A stretch of 64,000 bases of DNA from Acidimicrobiia bacterium (GTDB taxonomy: Bacteria; Actinomycetota; Acidimicrobiia; Spongiisociales; ZC4RG35), in contig JBIOVB010000107.1 of the NCBI GenBank assembly GCA_044867525.1, forward strand, positions 25,419-89,418, written 5' to 3'. The position numbers were made by a program, and so were the translations under genes. Under the pieces are notes generated by a model, which saw nothing but the letters and a program-made list of their open reading frames with translations, was not told the DNA's origin and did not search any database. Within the stretch, counting starts at the first letter, position 1. Every line of letters starts with the position of its first letter. Below are positions 46,070 through 54,741 of this stretch, piece by piece.

Positions 46070-47478
46070 TGGCCCGGCGTCGGGTGGATCTCGCCGTGAG
46101 ACGCAGGCGTTCGCTCGCAATGCTGATCCTCGCGGTGATCGGCTTGGTCGCCATTCCGACAACAGCCGGCGCTGCCGCCCCAGTGCCCGGTCGTTTCGTC
46201 GACGATGACGGTCATCCAGGAGAGGTGTATCTGGAGTGGCTCGCCGACCTCGGTGTGGTCGAAGGCTGCAACCCTCCCGCCAACGACCGGATTTGCCCCG
46301 AAAGAACCCTGAATCGTGCGGAAGCAGCGAAGATCCTCATCGGGACCGGGCAGCGCACCGGGTTCCTCCCGGCGATCCCGGCCGACCTCCCCGACCGTTT
46401 CGTGGACGACAACGAGATCTGGGCGGGGAGCGCCTCGAGGCTGGCGAACTTCCTCGCCCAACTCGGGGTGGTTTCCGGTTGTGATCCCCCTGCCAATCGG
46501 AGGTTCTGCCCGACTCAGTCCCTGACCCGTGGCCAGGTGGCGAAGATGATCGTGAACGTCTTCGACCTGACCGCCCCCGACTCCTACGTCTCGCCGTGGA
46601 CCGACACCAAGGGCCGGTTCTACGACGAGTCGGCTCGGGTCGCCGCCTATCACCTGCTTTGGGACTCGAGCTCGGGTCGTTTCATCGGGGGGGAGGCCAT
46701 CGATCGCTCAGAGTTCGCCAGGACCGTGGTGCTGGCGGCAACCGGAAATGACCTTTGTCCTCCGACGCCGTTCACCGCGGCCCGGGTTGGCTCACTCGGC
46801 CGCAGGTTCCCCAACCAGTCGTTCACCGCTTACGCATATGACACTCGAACCGGTTGCGCCTACTGGATGCATCCCGACAACCGGTTACGCACCGCCTCGG
46901 TGTTCAAGGTCATGGTCATTGCCGGGACCTTGCTCGAAGCTCAGAACGATGAACGCGGGGTCTCCTCATGGGAGTGGGGACAGCTGGTGCCGATGATCAC
47001 CGAATCGGCGAACAACCCGGTGCGGGCCCTGTGGAGCCACTTTGGAGGCTCGCCCTGGTTCCGCCGCCAGGCGCAGTTGTACGGTCTCACCGAGACCAGC
47101 CCGGTCGGGGATTCCGGTGGGGTGTGGGGTCGTACCACGACTTCGGCCAAGGATCAGGCCGATCTGTTGCGTCAGGTGTTGAGAGGGGAGTGGGGTCCGC
47201 TGGAAGAGCCATATCGATCCCGGGCCTGGGACCTGATGACCTCGGTCGTCCCCTCACAGACCTGGGGCGTGACCGGTGGTGTGCCGGCGGGCTGGGTGGT
47301 GGCACAGAAGAACGGGTTTGCGGGTCACATCGCGAACTCGGTCGGTTTCGTGCGCCAGCCCGATGGCGAGGAGGGGTATGTGATCGCCGTGCTCAGCAAC
47401 GGATGGTCTGACTGGCATCGGGGCGTCCCGGTCGTGGACGAGATCTCGGGCTGGGTCTCCGGAAAGCTCGCTCGGTGA
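46069..47478 (+). CDS. Secreted protein: 2 SLH-like Cys-pair repeats plus a class A beta-lactamase/PBP-like serine hydrolase domain
   Basis: Signal peptide, then two repeats (GCNPPANDRICP...NRAEAAKIL; GCDPPANRRFCP...TRGQVAKMIV). SxxK (ASVFK), SxN (ESANN) and KxG (QKNG) motifs of the class A fold. Confidence 0.65.
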   Translation: MARRRVDLAVRRRRSLAMLILAVIGLVAIPTTAGAAAPVPGRFVDDDGHPGEVYLEWLADLGVVEGCNPPANDRICPERTLNRAEAAKILIGTGQRTGFLPAIPADLPDRFVDDNEIWAGSASRLANFLAQLGVVSGCDPPANRRFCPTQSLTRGQVAKMIVNVFDLTAPDSYVSPWTDTKGRFYDESARVAAYHLLWDSSSGRFIGGEAIDRSEFARTVVLAATGNDLCPPTPFTAARVGSLGRRFPNQSFTAYAYDTRTGCAYWMHPDNRLRTASVFKVMVIAGTLLEAQNDERGVSSWEWGQLVPMITESANNPVRALWSHFGGSPWFRRQAQLYGLTETSPVGDSGGVWGRTTTSAKDQADLLRQVLRGEWGPLEEPYRSRAWDLMTSVVPSQTWGVTGGVPAGWVVAQKNGFAGHIANSVGFVRQPDGEEGYVIAVLSNGWSDWHRGVPVVDEISGWVSGKLAR

Positions 47479-47496
47479 GCCCAAGGATCGAAGCAA

Positions 47497-48942
47497 GTGC
47501 CTGAGGTCGACCCCCACCTATTCGTGATCTTTGGCGGCACCGGTGATCTCGCCGAGCGCAAGCTGATTCCGTCCCTCTACCGGCTAATGGCGGAACAGGG
47601 TGCCACCGAAAAGTCCTTGGTTCTCGGTGTGTCCAGGAAAGACGTGGGCGACGATGCCTATCGGAAGTGGACTATCCACGCGCTGGCGGCGAGTGGCCAG
47701 TCCGGTGAGGACGTGGCCCGATGGTGCCAGTCGAATGTCTTTCAGCAGCAAGTCTCGGATCAGACAGAGGGCTACCTCGACCTCAGCAAGCGGGTAGAGG
47801 CGATCGAGTTGGAGCGCGGCCTGCCCGGGAACAGGGTCTTCTACCTGGCAACACCACCCCGGGCATTCCCGTCGACAATCGAGGGGCTGGGGAACGCGGG
47901 CTTGAACCAGAGTGCGGGGTGGACCCGGGTGGTGGTCGAGAAGCCTTTTGGCACCGATTTGGAAACGGCTCGTGAGCTGAATGAGATCCTGCTCGCGGGT
48001 TTCGACGAGTCACAGATCTTCCGCATCGATCATTACCTGGGCAAGGCGACGGTCCAGAACCTCCTCGGTTTCCGGTTCACCAACCCCATGTTCGAGCGGC
48101 TGTGGAATCGGGATCTGGTCGACCACATCGAGATCACGGTCGCCGAGGATGGTGGGATCGGTGATCGCGCCGGCTACTACGAGCATGCGGGAGTTGTGCG
48201 CGACATGGTCCAGAACCATCTCACCCAGCTTCTCGCCCTTGTCGCCATGGAGCCACCGAATGTCTTCGATGCTGACCGAATCCGTGACGAGAAGGTCAAG
48301 GTGATCAAGGCGATCGCACCGATCAAAACCCATGATGTGGTGTATGGCCAGTACGGCTCAGGAGGATCCGGCGGGTCAGTTCCCGGTTACCTGGAGGAGA
48401 GCGGGGTCTCCGCCGACTCCCTGACCCCGACCTTCGTGGGAATCAGGCTGTTCGTCGACTCCTGGCGCTGGCAGGGCGTGCCTTTCTTTCTTCGCACCGG
48501 GAAGCGGCTTCCCGGTCGCTTCACCCAGGTCGCGGTCACATTTCGCAAGCCGGCGTTGTGCATGCTTCATGGGCTGACAGACGATTGCGCCTATCCCGAC
48601 GTGCTCCTGATCATCCTCGAGCCGGACGAGGGATTCTCTCTCAGGTTCAACGTGCGCTCACCCAAGGACGAGGACAGGGTCGACTCCCAGGCGCTCCATT
48701 TTCGCTACTCGGATGTGTACGACGAGCTGCCTCCCGCCTACTTGACCCTGATTCTCGACATCCTCGAAGGTGATCAGACGCTGTTCGTCAGGGCAGACGA
48801 GGTCGAGGCCTCCTGGCACGTCTACGACCCGGTTCTGGCTCATATGCCGGCGCCGATCGTGTACGCGGCCGGTACCTGGGGCCCGGTTGCCATGGACCAG
48901 GGATTGCCGATTGGAGGTGAGGACTGGCGGCACCGGCGCTGA
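47497..48942 (+). CDS. zwf: Glucose-6-phosphate 1-dehydrogenase
   Basis: FVIFGGTGDLAERKLIPSLY NADP motif, RIDHYLGK, EKPFG. GTG start. Confidence 0.9.
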   Translation: MPEVDPHLFVIFGGTGDLAERKLIPSLYRLMAEQGATEKSLVLGVSRKDVGDDAYRKWTIHALAASGQSGEDVARWCQSNVFQQQVSDQTEGYLDLSKRVEAIELERGLPGNRVFYLATPPRAFPSTIEGLGNAGLNQSAGWTRVVVEKPFGTDLETARELNEILLAGFDESQIFRIDHYLGKATVQNLLGFRFTNPMFERLWNRDLVDHIEITVAEDGGIGDRAGYYEHAGVVRDMVQNHLTQLLALVAMEPPNVFDADRIRDEKVKVIKAIAPIKTHDVVYGQYGSGGSGGSVPGYLEESGVSADSLTPTFVGIRLFVDSWRWQGVPFFLRTGKRLPGRFTQVAVTFRKPALCMLHGLTDDCAYPDVLLIILEPDEGFSLRFNVRSPKDEDRVDSQALHFRYSDVYDELPPAYLTLILDILEGDQTLFVRADEVEASWHVYDPVLAHMPAPIVYAAGTWGPVAMDQGLPIGGEDWRHRR

Positions 48943-48950
48943 AGGAACGC

Positions 48951-50294
48951 TTGGCCTTGCAACGCAGACATGGGACACTCGCCCGAATGTTTCGCCGGTT
49001 GACGAGTCTGGTTGCCCTGACGGTGGTCGCATTCTCGGTTTTCGCGACCGCAGCTGCCTCTGCCGCTCTCCCCCCGGGCGGCACCTTTATCGATGATGAC
49101 GGTGACGTTCACGAGGGCTCGATCGAGGCCATATATGCCGCCGGCCTCACCGTCGGATGCGACGAGCGGGGCATCCGCTACTGCCCGGACATCGGGGTCA
49201 CCAGAGGGCAGATGGCGGCGTTTCTCGCTCGCGCTCTGAATCTTCCCGCATCCTCGGACGACCGGTTCACCGATGACGATCGCTCAGAGTTCGAAGGAGC
49301 GATCAACAAGGTGGCCGCCGCCGGGATCACAGTCGGCTGCAACCCTCCGGCCAACACGCGCTTCTGCCCCGATCGGCGGGTGACCAGGGCGGAGATGGCC
49401 ACGTTCCTGGTGCGGAGCTTCCCCAACCGGATGCCGGCCACCGCCCCGGACGCGTTCGTCGACGACGACGCCGACGTTCATCAAGGGAACATCAACCGCA
49501 TCGCTGCCGCCGCCATCACCCTGGGGTGCAACCCGCCGACCAACAATCGCTACTGCCCTGGTGACCATGTCACCCGGGGGCAGATGGCCACGTTCCTGAC
49601 CCGGGCCCTCGGGCTCCAGTCGGACAAGCCCCCACCCCAGCTCCCGATCGAGCGGGTGTCCAGCTTCACCACGTTCTACAGCTGCTGTGAGGACCGGGTG
49701 ATCAACATCAGGGCAATGGCCCGCCAGATCAACGGGTATGTGGTCATGCCCGGTGAGACCTTCTCGGTGGACCGGATTGCCGGGCCCCGCACCACCGCCA
49801 AGGGATACGTGCCGGCCCCATACATGCAGGGCGGCCAGGGCCATTGCTGCGCGGTGGGGGGCGGGGTGAGCCAGTTCGGCACCACGATGCACAACGCGGT
49901 GTTCTGGGGCGGCTACCGGGTGGTCGACCATCAGCCGCACAGCGGGTGGATCTCCCGCTATCCCCTGGGGATCGAGGCGACTCTCGTGTATTCGTCCATC
50001 GACTACAAGTTCATCAACGACACCGTGACCCCGGTCTACATTCGGGCTCTCGCCTCCTCCTCCTCACTCACCATCGAGTTGTGGGGAAACCAGGGCGGGT
50101 GGCGGGTCCGGGGCTCGCACCCCATCGGATCACGTAGCTCGTCGATCACGGTCCTCGATCGTGGAGGGTCGAACGCGAAGCGGGTCACGGCACGGGTCAC
50201 CGGCTCGGCGCCGGGATCGGTGAGGGTGATCCGGACCCTGACCCAAGGCGGGGTCGCAACTTCACAAGCCTGGAATTGGTTCTACTTGAGCTGA
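48951..50294 (+). CDS. Secreted protein: 3 SLH-like Cys-pair repeats plus a VanW-like domain
   Basis: Signal peptide. Three copies of F.DDD..H.G.I..I..AGIT.GCNPP.N.R(F/Y)CP....VTRG.MA.FL.RAL. C-terminal YSCCE...GGGVSQFGTTMHNAVFWGGY resembles the VanW family. Confidence 0.65.
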   Translation: MALQRRHGTLARMFRRLTSLVALTVVAFSVFATAAASAALPPGGTFIDDDGDVHEGSIEAIYAAGLTVGCDERGIRYCPDIGVTRGQMAAFLARALNLPASSDDRFTDDDRSEFEGAINKVAAAGITVGCNPPANTRFCPDRRVTRAEMATFLVRSFPNRMPATAPDAFVDDDADVHQGNINRIAAAAITLGCNPPTNNRYCPGDHVTRGQMATFLTRALGLQSDKPPPQLPIERVSSFTTFYSCCEDRVINIRAMARQINGYVVMPGETFSVDRIAGPRTTAKGYVPAPYMQGGQGHCCAVGGGVSQFGTTMHNAVFWGGYRVVDHQPHSGWISRYPLGIEATLVYSSIDYKFINDTVTPVYIRALASSSSLTIELWGNQGGWRVRGSHPIGSRSSSITVLDRGGSNAKRVTARVTGSAPGSVRVIRTLTQGGVATSQAWNWFYLS

Positions 50295-50337
50295 GCCGAA
50301 CGGCGGCCCGGGCAAGCCCGTCGCGTAGCCTGCCAGC

Positions 50338-51303
50338 ATGATCGTCGACGCCGCCATCTACAGGCACGGGCACCGTGAGCCTGGGCCCTTCGACTTCGAG
50401 GAGGCCGGTCGACTTCGGGCGGACCCGGCGACCTCGGTGTGGGTGGGTCTCTACGAGCCCACTGAAGAGGAGTTCGAAGCGGCGCGCAAGGCATTCGATC
50501 TCCACCCCCTTGCGGTGGACGACGCGGTCAACGCCCATCAGCGGCCCAAGCTCGAGACCTATGGCCAGACTCTGTTCGTCGTCACCAAGCCGGCCAGGTA
50601 TGTCGATCCGGTGGAGATCATCGAATTCGGCGAGATCCTGCTCTTCGTCGATCCCGACTTCGTCGTCGCGGTGCGTCATAGGGAAGCAAGTCAGCTGGTG
50701 CAGGTGCGTCAGGAGTTGGAGGCTGATCCCGAGCGGCTGCTACTCGGCCCGGGAGCAGTCCTGCACGCGATCTTCAATCAGGTGGTCAGGGACTACGGCA
50801 AGGTTCTCGACGAGTTGGAAGCCGATGTGCTCGAAGTGGAGAGGGAAGTCTTTTCCGAGGGCGGCGACCTGGAGCGGATATACCGGCTCAAGCAGGAAGT
50901 GATGAGCTTCCAGTTCGCCGCCGAGCCGCTGGCCGAGCCCCTGCTCCGGCTTGCTGGAGACGATTTCGCAGCGATACATCCCAAGCTCAAGCCCTACTTC
51001 CGTGACGTCAACGACCATCTGTTGCGCGTCGTCGACCGGATCCACGGCTATCGGGACATGTTGACCTCGATGCTCGCCGCAAACCTCACCCAGGTCAGCC
51101 TCCGCCAGAACGAGGACATGCGGAAGATCTCGGCCTACGTCGCGATCGCTGCGGTCCCCACGTTTCTCGCTGGGATCTGGGGGATGAATTTCGAGTTCAT
51201 GCCCGAGATCGACGAGGTGTGGGGCTATCCCCTGGCGCTGCTGGTTATGGCCGGAGCCTGCACCTTCCTCTACACCCGGTTCAAGAAGTCGGGCTGGCTA
51301 TGA
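50338..51303 (+). CDS. corA: CorA family magnesium/cobalt transporter
   Basis: GMNF signature (AGIWGMNFEFMPE), two C-terminal TM helices, cytoplasmic N-domain. Confidence 0.85.
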   Translation: MIVDAAIYRHGHREPGPFDFEEAGRLRADPATSVWVGLYEPTEEEFEAARKAFDLHPLAVDDAVNAHQRPKLETYGQTLFVVTKPARYVDPVEIIEFGEILLFVDPDFVVAVRHREASQLVQVRQELEADPERLLLGPGAVLHAIFNQVVRDYGKVLDELEADVLEVEREVFSEGGDLERIYRLKQEVMSFQFAAEPLAEPLLRLAGDDFAAIHPKLKPYFRDVNDHLLRVVDRIHGYRDMLTSMLAANLTQVSLRQNEDMRKISAYVAIAAVPTFLAGIWGMNFEFMPEIDEVWGYPLALLVMAGACTFLYTRFKKSGWL

Positions 51304-51306
51304 GGA

Positions 51307-51714
51307 TCACGCGGTCAACAAAACCACCCCGAGAGTGATCACCCCGACGCCGAGGGCGATTGCGCCCATGTAGACGAGGGCGATGAGGCGGTTCGGGGAA
51401 GTGCGTCCCTCACCAACGGCCGAGAGGAAGAAGCCTGCCGGCATGAGGATCGCGGCCAGAGGTATCGCCGACGTGCCGGCGAATTCGCCGAGACCGTCGA
51501 GCGCGACGGCGTCGGCGTAGAGGAGGGCGACGAGGGAGAGGATCACGAGGACTCCAGCATGGGCATGGCCCGCGCGGAACGAGGCTTTCTGAAATTCCGT
51601 GAAGGTTGCCTTGCCACGAAGTATGCCGAGCATGAAAACGCCGCCGTATTCCACTGCCGCGACTGTGAGCAGGAGGACGCCTGCGGTGCTGAGTGTGGCT
51701 GCTGACAATTCCAT
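51307..51714 (-). CDS. Small integral membrane protein (unknown)
   Basis: 4 hydrophobic helices. Start at MELSAA. Confidence 0.4.
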   Translation of the reverse strand: MELSAATLSTAGVLLLTVAAVEYGGVFMLGILRGKATFTEFQKASFRAGHAHAGVLVILSLVALLYADAVALDGLGEFAGTSAIPLAAILMPAGFFLSAVGEGRTSPNRLIALVYMGAIALGVGVITLGVVLLTA

Positions 51715-51804
51715 GTCTCCTCCTCTTCCACGAGCCTTTGCCACAACCTACGGTGCCGCCGGATACGATCGGCCCTGGCGGTCGAGACAGTTGAGGAGTA
51801 TTGA

Positions 51805-52413
51805 GTGGCGATCATCTCACGTGGGTTCACGGGTCGCCGGCCACAGGTCGATGACCCGAGCAGGCTCCCGCCCGGGCAGTACATCACCGCCGACTTTCCG
51901 GTGCTGTCCGCCGGTCCCACACCCCGGACCAGGCTCGACGAATGGACCTTCGAGATTCGGGGCTTCCCTGGGGAGCCGAGGTCATGGTCGTGGAACGACT
52001 TCACAGCCCTCCCAGCCGAGACGTTCACAGTCGACATCCACTGCGTCACCAAGTGGTCGAAGTTCGACACCGTTTGGACCGGCGTCTCAGTGGACCGCCT
52101 GCTCGATGGATTGGATCTCGGCGAGACGAAGTTCGTCAGCGCCTTCTGCGACGGGGGCTACACCACCAACCTCCCGCTTGCCGAGGTGATGGGTGGGAAG
52201 GCATGGGTGGCATACCAATACGATGGCCAGCCTCTCGAGCCGGCTCACGGCGGCCCGGCGCGCTTACTGGTCCCTCATCTCTACTTCTGGAAGAGCGCCA
52301 AATGGGTCCGCGGCCTGGAACTGCTCGTCGAGGACCGACGGGGGTTCTGGGAGACCTATGGCTACCACAATCACGGAGACCCATGGCGGGAACAGAGGTA
52401 TTGGGGCGACTGA
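51805..52413 (+). CDS. Sulfite-oxidase-family molybdopterin-binding oxidoreductase (no signal peptide)
   Basis: Oxidoreductase molybdopterin-binding pattern: ...WTFEIRG...DIHCVTKWSKFDTVWTGVS...GGPARLLVPHLYFWKSAKW. Confidence 0.65.
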   Translation: MAIISRGFTGRRPQVDDPSRLPPGQYITADFPVLSAGPTPRTRLDEWTFEIRGFPGEPRSWSWNDFTALPAETFTVDIHCVTKWSKFDTVWTGVSVDRLLDGLDLGETKFVSAFCDGGYTTNLPLAEVMGGKAWVAYQYDGQPLEPAHGGPARLLVPHLYFWKSAKWVRGLELLVEDRRGFWETYGYHNHGDPWREQRYWGD

Positions 52414-53117
52414 ACTGGCTGGCGGCCTCGGTGACCGAAGTCCGCCCCGAGACCCACCGGGTGAGGAGCATCGTGTTCGAATGCCCGGGCTGGGAGGGGC
52501 ACCAGGCAGGTCAGCATGTCGATGTCCGGCTGACCGCCGAGGACGGGTACCAGGCCCAACGCAGCTACTCGATCGCCTCCGCCCCCGAGGACGACCACCT
52601 GGTGCTCTCGATCGAGCGACTGCAGGATGGCGAAGTCTCCCCGTACCTGGTCGATGTCGTGGAGCCAGGTGACCAGCTCGAGATGCGGGGCCCGATCGGC
52701 GGCTACTTCATCTGGGATGGAGAGGAACCGCTCATGATGATCGCCGGGGGCTCCGGCGTAGTGCCGTTTCGAGCCATGATCCGCCACCGACGGGCAATGG
52801 GCTCGCTCGCCCCAGCCAAGCTCCTGTACTCATCGAGATCGTGGGAGGACGTGATCTACAGGGACGATCTTGCTGACCCGGGGCCTGGGGCCGAGGTGAT
52901 CCATACCCTGACCCGGTCCCGGCCCGGGGACTGGGATGGCTACCAGCGACGTGTCGACACGGAGATGCTCGCCGATGTCGTCTTCCCGCCGTCGTCCAGG
53001 CCCTGGATCTTCATATGCGGCCCGACGGCGTTCGTGGAGACGGCAGCCGGAGCATTGGTCGACCTAGGCCACGATGCGGCGATGATCAGGACCGAGCGAT
53101 TCGGGCCCACCGGCTGA
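52383..53117 (+). CDS. FNR-like FAD/NAD(P)H-binding oxidoreductase (flavin reductase partner)
   Basis: RSYSIAS (RxYS FAD motif), GPIGGYF and MIAGGSGVVPF (NAD(P)-binding). Overlaps the upstream Moco gene by about 30 nt. The start is uncertain. Confidence 0.65.
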   Translation: MAGTEVLGRLNWLAASVTEVRPETHRVRSIVFECPGWEGHQAGQHVDVRLTAEDGYQAQRSYSIASAPEDDHLVLSIERLQDGEVSPYLVDVVEPGDQLEMRGPIGGYFIWDGEEPLMMIAGGSGVVPFRAMIRHRRAMGSLAPAKLLYSSRSWEDVIYRDDLADPGPGAEVIHTLTRSRPGDWDGYQRRVDTEMLADVVFPPSSRPWIFICGPTAFVETAAGALVDLGHDAAMIRTERFGPTG

Positions 53118-53121
53118 CCCC

Positions 53122-53469
53122 TTAGAAGTCCCTACGTCCGTTGAAGTGGGCAACCACCTCGGGCCGGGTGGGCTGGTACACCGCCACCCGGTGCCCGCCA
53201 CTGGTGCGAAACGAGCAGCAGGGGCCCTGCGGGATCTCGAACACCCCTTCCGGCTCCCATCCCTCGCTCTCCAGGCGGGTGAGCGTTGCCGCTAGGTCGG
53301 CCACCCGATAGATGAGGATGGGGCGCTCGCCTTCGACGTGGTCGGTGAAGAGGAGGTCGGGCGGCATGGGGGACATCCGCACCATGGCGACCCGGGTGTT
53401 CCACTCCTGGATGGCGAAAATCAACTCGCCACCGAGCACACCGCTGAAGTAGGAGGCGTCGGCGGCCAC
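53122..53469 (-). CDS. Glyoxalase/VOC superfamily protein
   Basis: Small beta-alpha-beta-beta-beta module pattern. GTG start. Confidence 0.5.
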   Translation of the reverse strand: MAADASYFSGVLGGELIFAIQEWNTRVAMVRMSPMPPDLLFTDHVEGERPILIYRVADLAATLTRLESEGWEPEGVFEIPQGPCCSFRTSGGHRVAVYQPTRPEVVAHFNGRRDF

Positions 53470-53559
53470 ATCCCGGCTCGGGATGTAAAGGAAGTCCAGC
53501 GAGTCGAAAGGGGTCGTTGTGTCTACCCGCCGATTATCGCCTCGCCGCCTTGTCGATGC

Positions 53560-54606
53560 TCAGAGACCAAGCCCACGAGCCAGGAAGGCGGCCATCATCC
53601 CCCGGGTCACATACTGGTTGGGGCAGAACCGGTTGTTGTCGGGTGGGTTGCATCCCTGGGTGATCCCGGCGGCAGCGAGCTTCTCGATCGCCGACTCGAA
53701 CTGTGATCCGTTGTCGTCGATGAAGTCGACGCTGCCCTGATTGGTGAGACCGAGCCCGCGCACCAGGAAGGCGGCCATCATCCCCCGGGTCACGTACTGG
53801 TTGGGGCAGAACCGGTCATTGCGCGGCGGGTTGCATCCTTCGGTGATTCCGGCGGCGGCGAGCTTCTCGATCGCCCCTTCGAAGGTGGAACCATTGTCGT
53901 CGGTGAAGTCGACGTTGCCTTGGTCGGTGAGGCCGAGACCGCGCACCAGGAAGGCGGCCATCATCCCCCTCGTGACATAGTCATCGGGGCAGAACCGATC
54001 GTTACGGGCCGGGTTGCACCCTTGGGTGATCCCGGCATCGGCGAAGCGCTCGATCGCTCCTTCGAAGATCGAGGCGTCGTCGTCCCAGAACTCACCGGCG
54101 ATCGAGGGCGTGTAGGTGGAGGCCTGGAAGAAGAGCTGGGTGACCCAGGTCCCGCTGCCGTCGATGTAAACCCCGAAAGCACCAAAACGGTAGGCGGGGT
54201 TCATGATGTTGGCCCGATGCCCCGGTGAGTTCATCAACATCTGATGGACCCGGGAGCAATCGGCGTCGGGATCACCCCACATCGCGATGTTCTCGCCCCA
54301 GGTGTGGGCTCCGTCGGGGAGGATGCTGGCGCGTGCCGAAGTCGACATGTGGCGAAAGTCGTTGTTCCGCATCCACCGGGAGTGGCTACGAGCTCCGGGG
54401 AACACATCCGAGGCCATTGTGAGCGGGGCGAGGCCGGCGGACGCTCGCGATGCGTTCACGGAGGCCTCCAGGCAAACCTCGTAGGCACCAGGACCCTGGT
54501 CGGCACGGACGGATAGGGCCAGGGCGGGAGCGAAGGAGGACGCGACGAGTAGGACGACAACGGCCGATCGTCGAAGGATGATTTGGAGTCCGCTTTTGGT
54601 GGCCAC
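53560..54606 (-). CDS. Secreted protein: CAP/SCP/PR-1 domain plus 3 SLH-like Cys-pair repeats
   Basis: Signal peptide. CAP-like block (HMSTSARASIL...GENIAMWG...NSPGHRANIMNPAYRFGAFGVY...TWVTQLF). Then three 61-aa repeats (F.DDNGS.FEGAIEKLAAAGIT.GCNPP.NDRFCPNQYVTRGMMAAFLVRGLGL). Confidence 0.65.
   Translation of the reverse strand: MATKSGLQIILRRSAVVVLLVASSFAPALALSVRADQGPGAYEVCLEASVNASRASAGLAPLTMASDVFPGARSHSRWMRNNDFRHMSTSARASILPDGAHTWGENIAMWGDPDADCSRVHQMLMNSPGHRANIMNPAYRFGAFGVYIDGSGTWVTQLFFQASTYTPSIAGEFWDDDASIFEGAIERFADAGITQGCNPARNDRFCPDDYVTRGMMAAFLVRGLGLTDQGNVDFTDDNGSTFEGAIEKLAAAGITEGCNPPRNDRFCPNQYVTRGMMAAFLVRGLGLTNQGSVDFIDDNGSQFESAIEKLAAAGITQGCNPPDNNRFCPNQYVTRGMMAAFLARGLGL
53571..54119. repeat. 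Three tandem direct DNA repeats of 183 bp (about 85-90% identity), encoding the SLH-like repeats of the CAP protein
   Basis: The block ...gcgcaccaggaaggcggccatcatcccc... recurs at about 53571, 53754 and 53937. The track shows two near-identical spurious plus-strand ORFs (53519-53740, 53741-53980) caused by this periodicity. Confidence 0.8.
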
Positions 54607-54741
54607 TGACCCTTGGAAAAAGAGGCTGTGCCCCTTTCATCGGTATCCCAAACCAGGGGCTTTAGGTGGTCGCGGGTAACCTCGCGTCGGAAGCTTTGCT
54701 CGGATCCAGAAGGTCCGACCGATCTGGGCCTGGAGGTCCGA

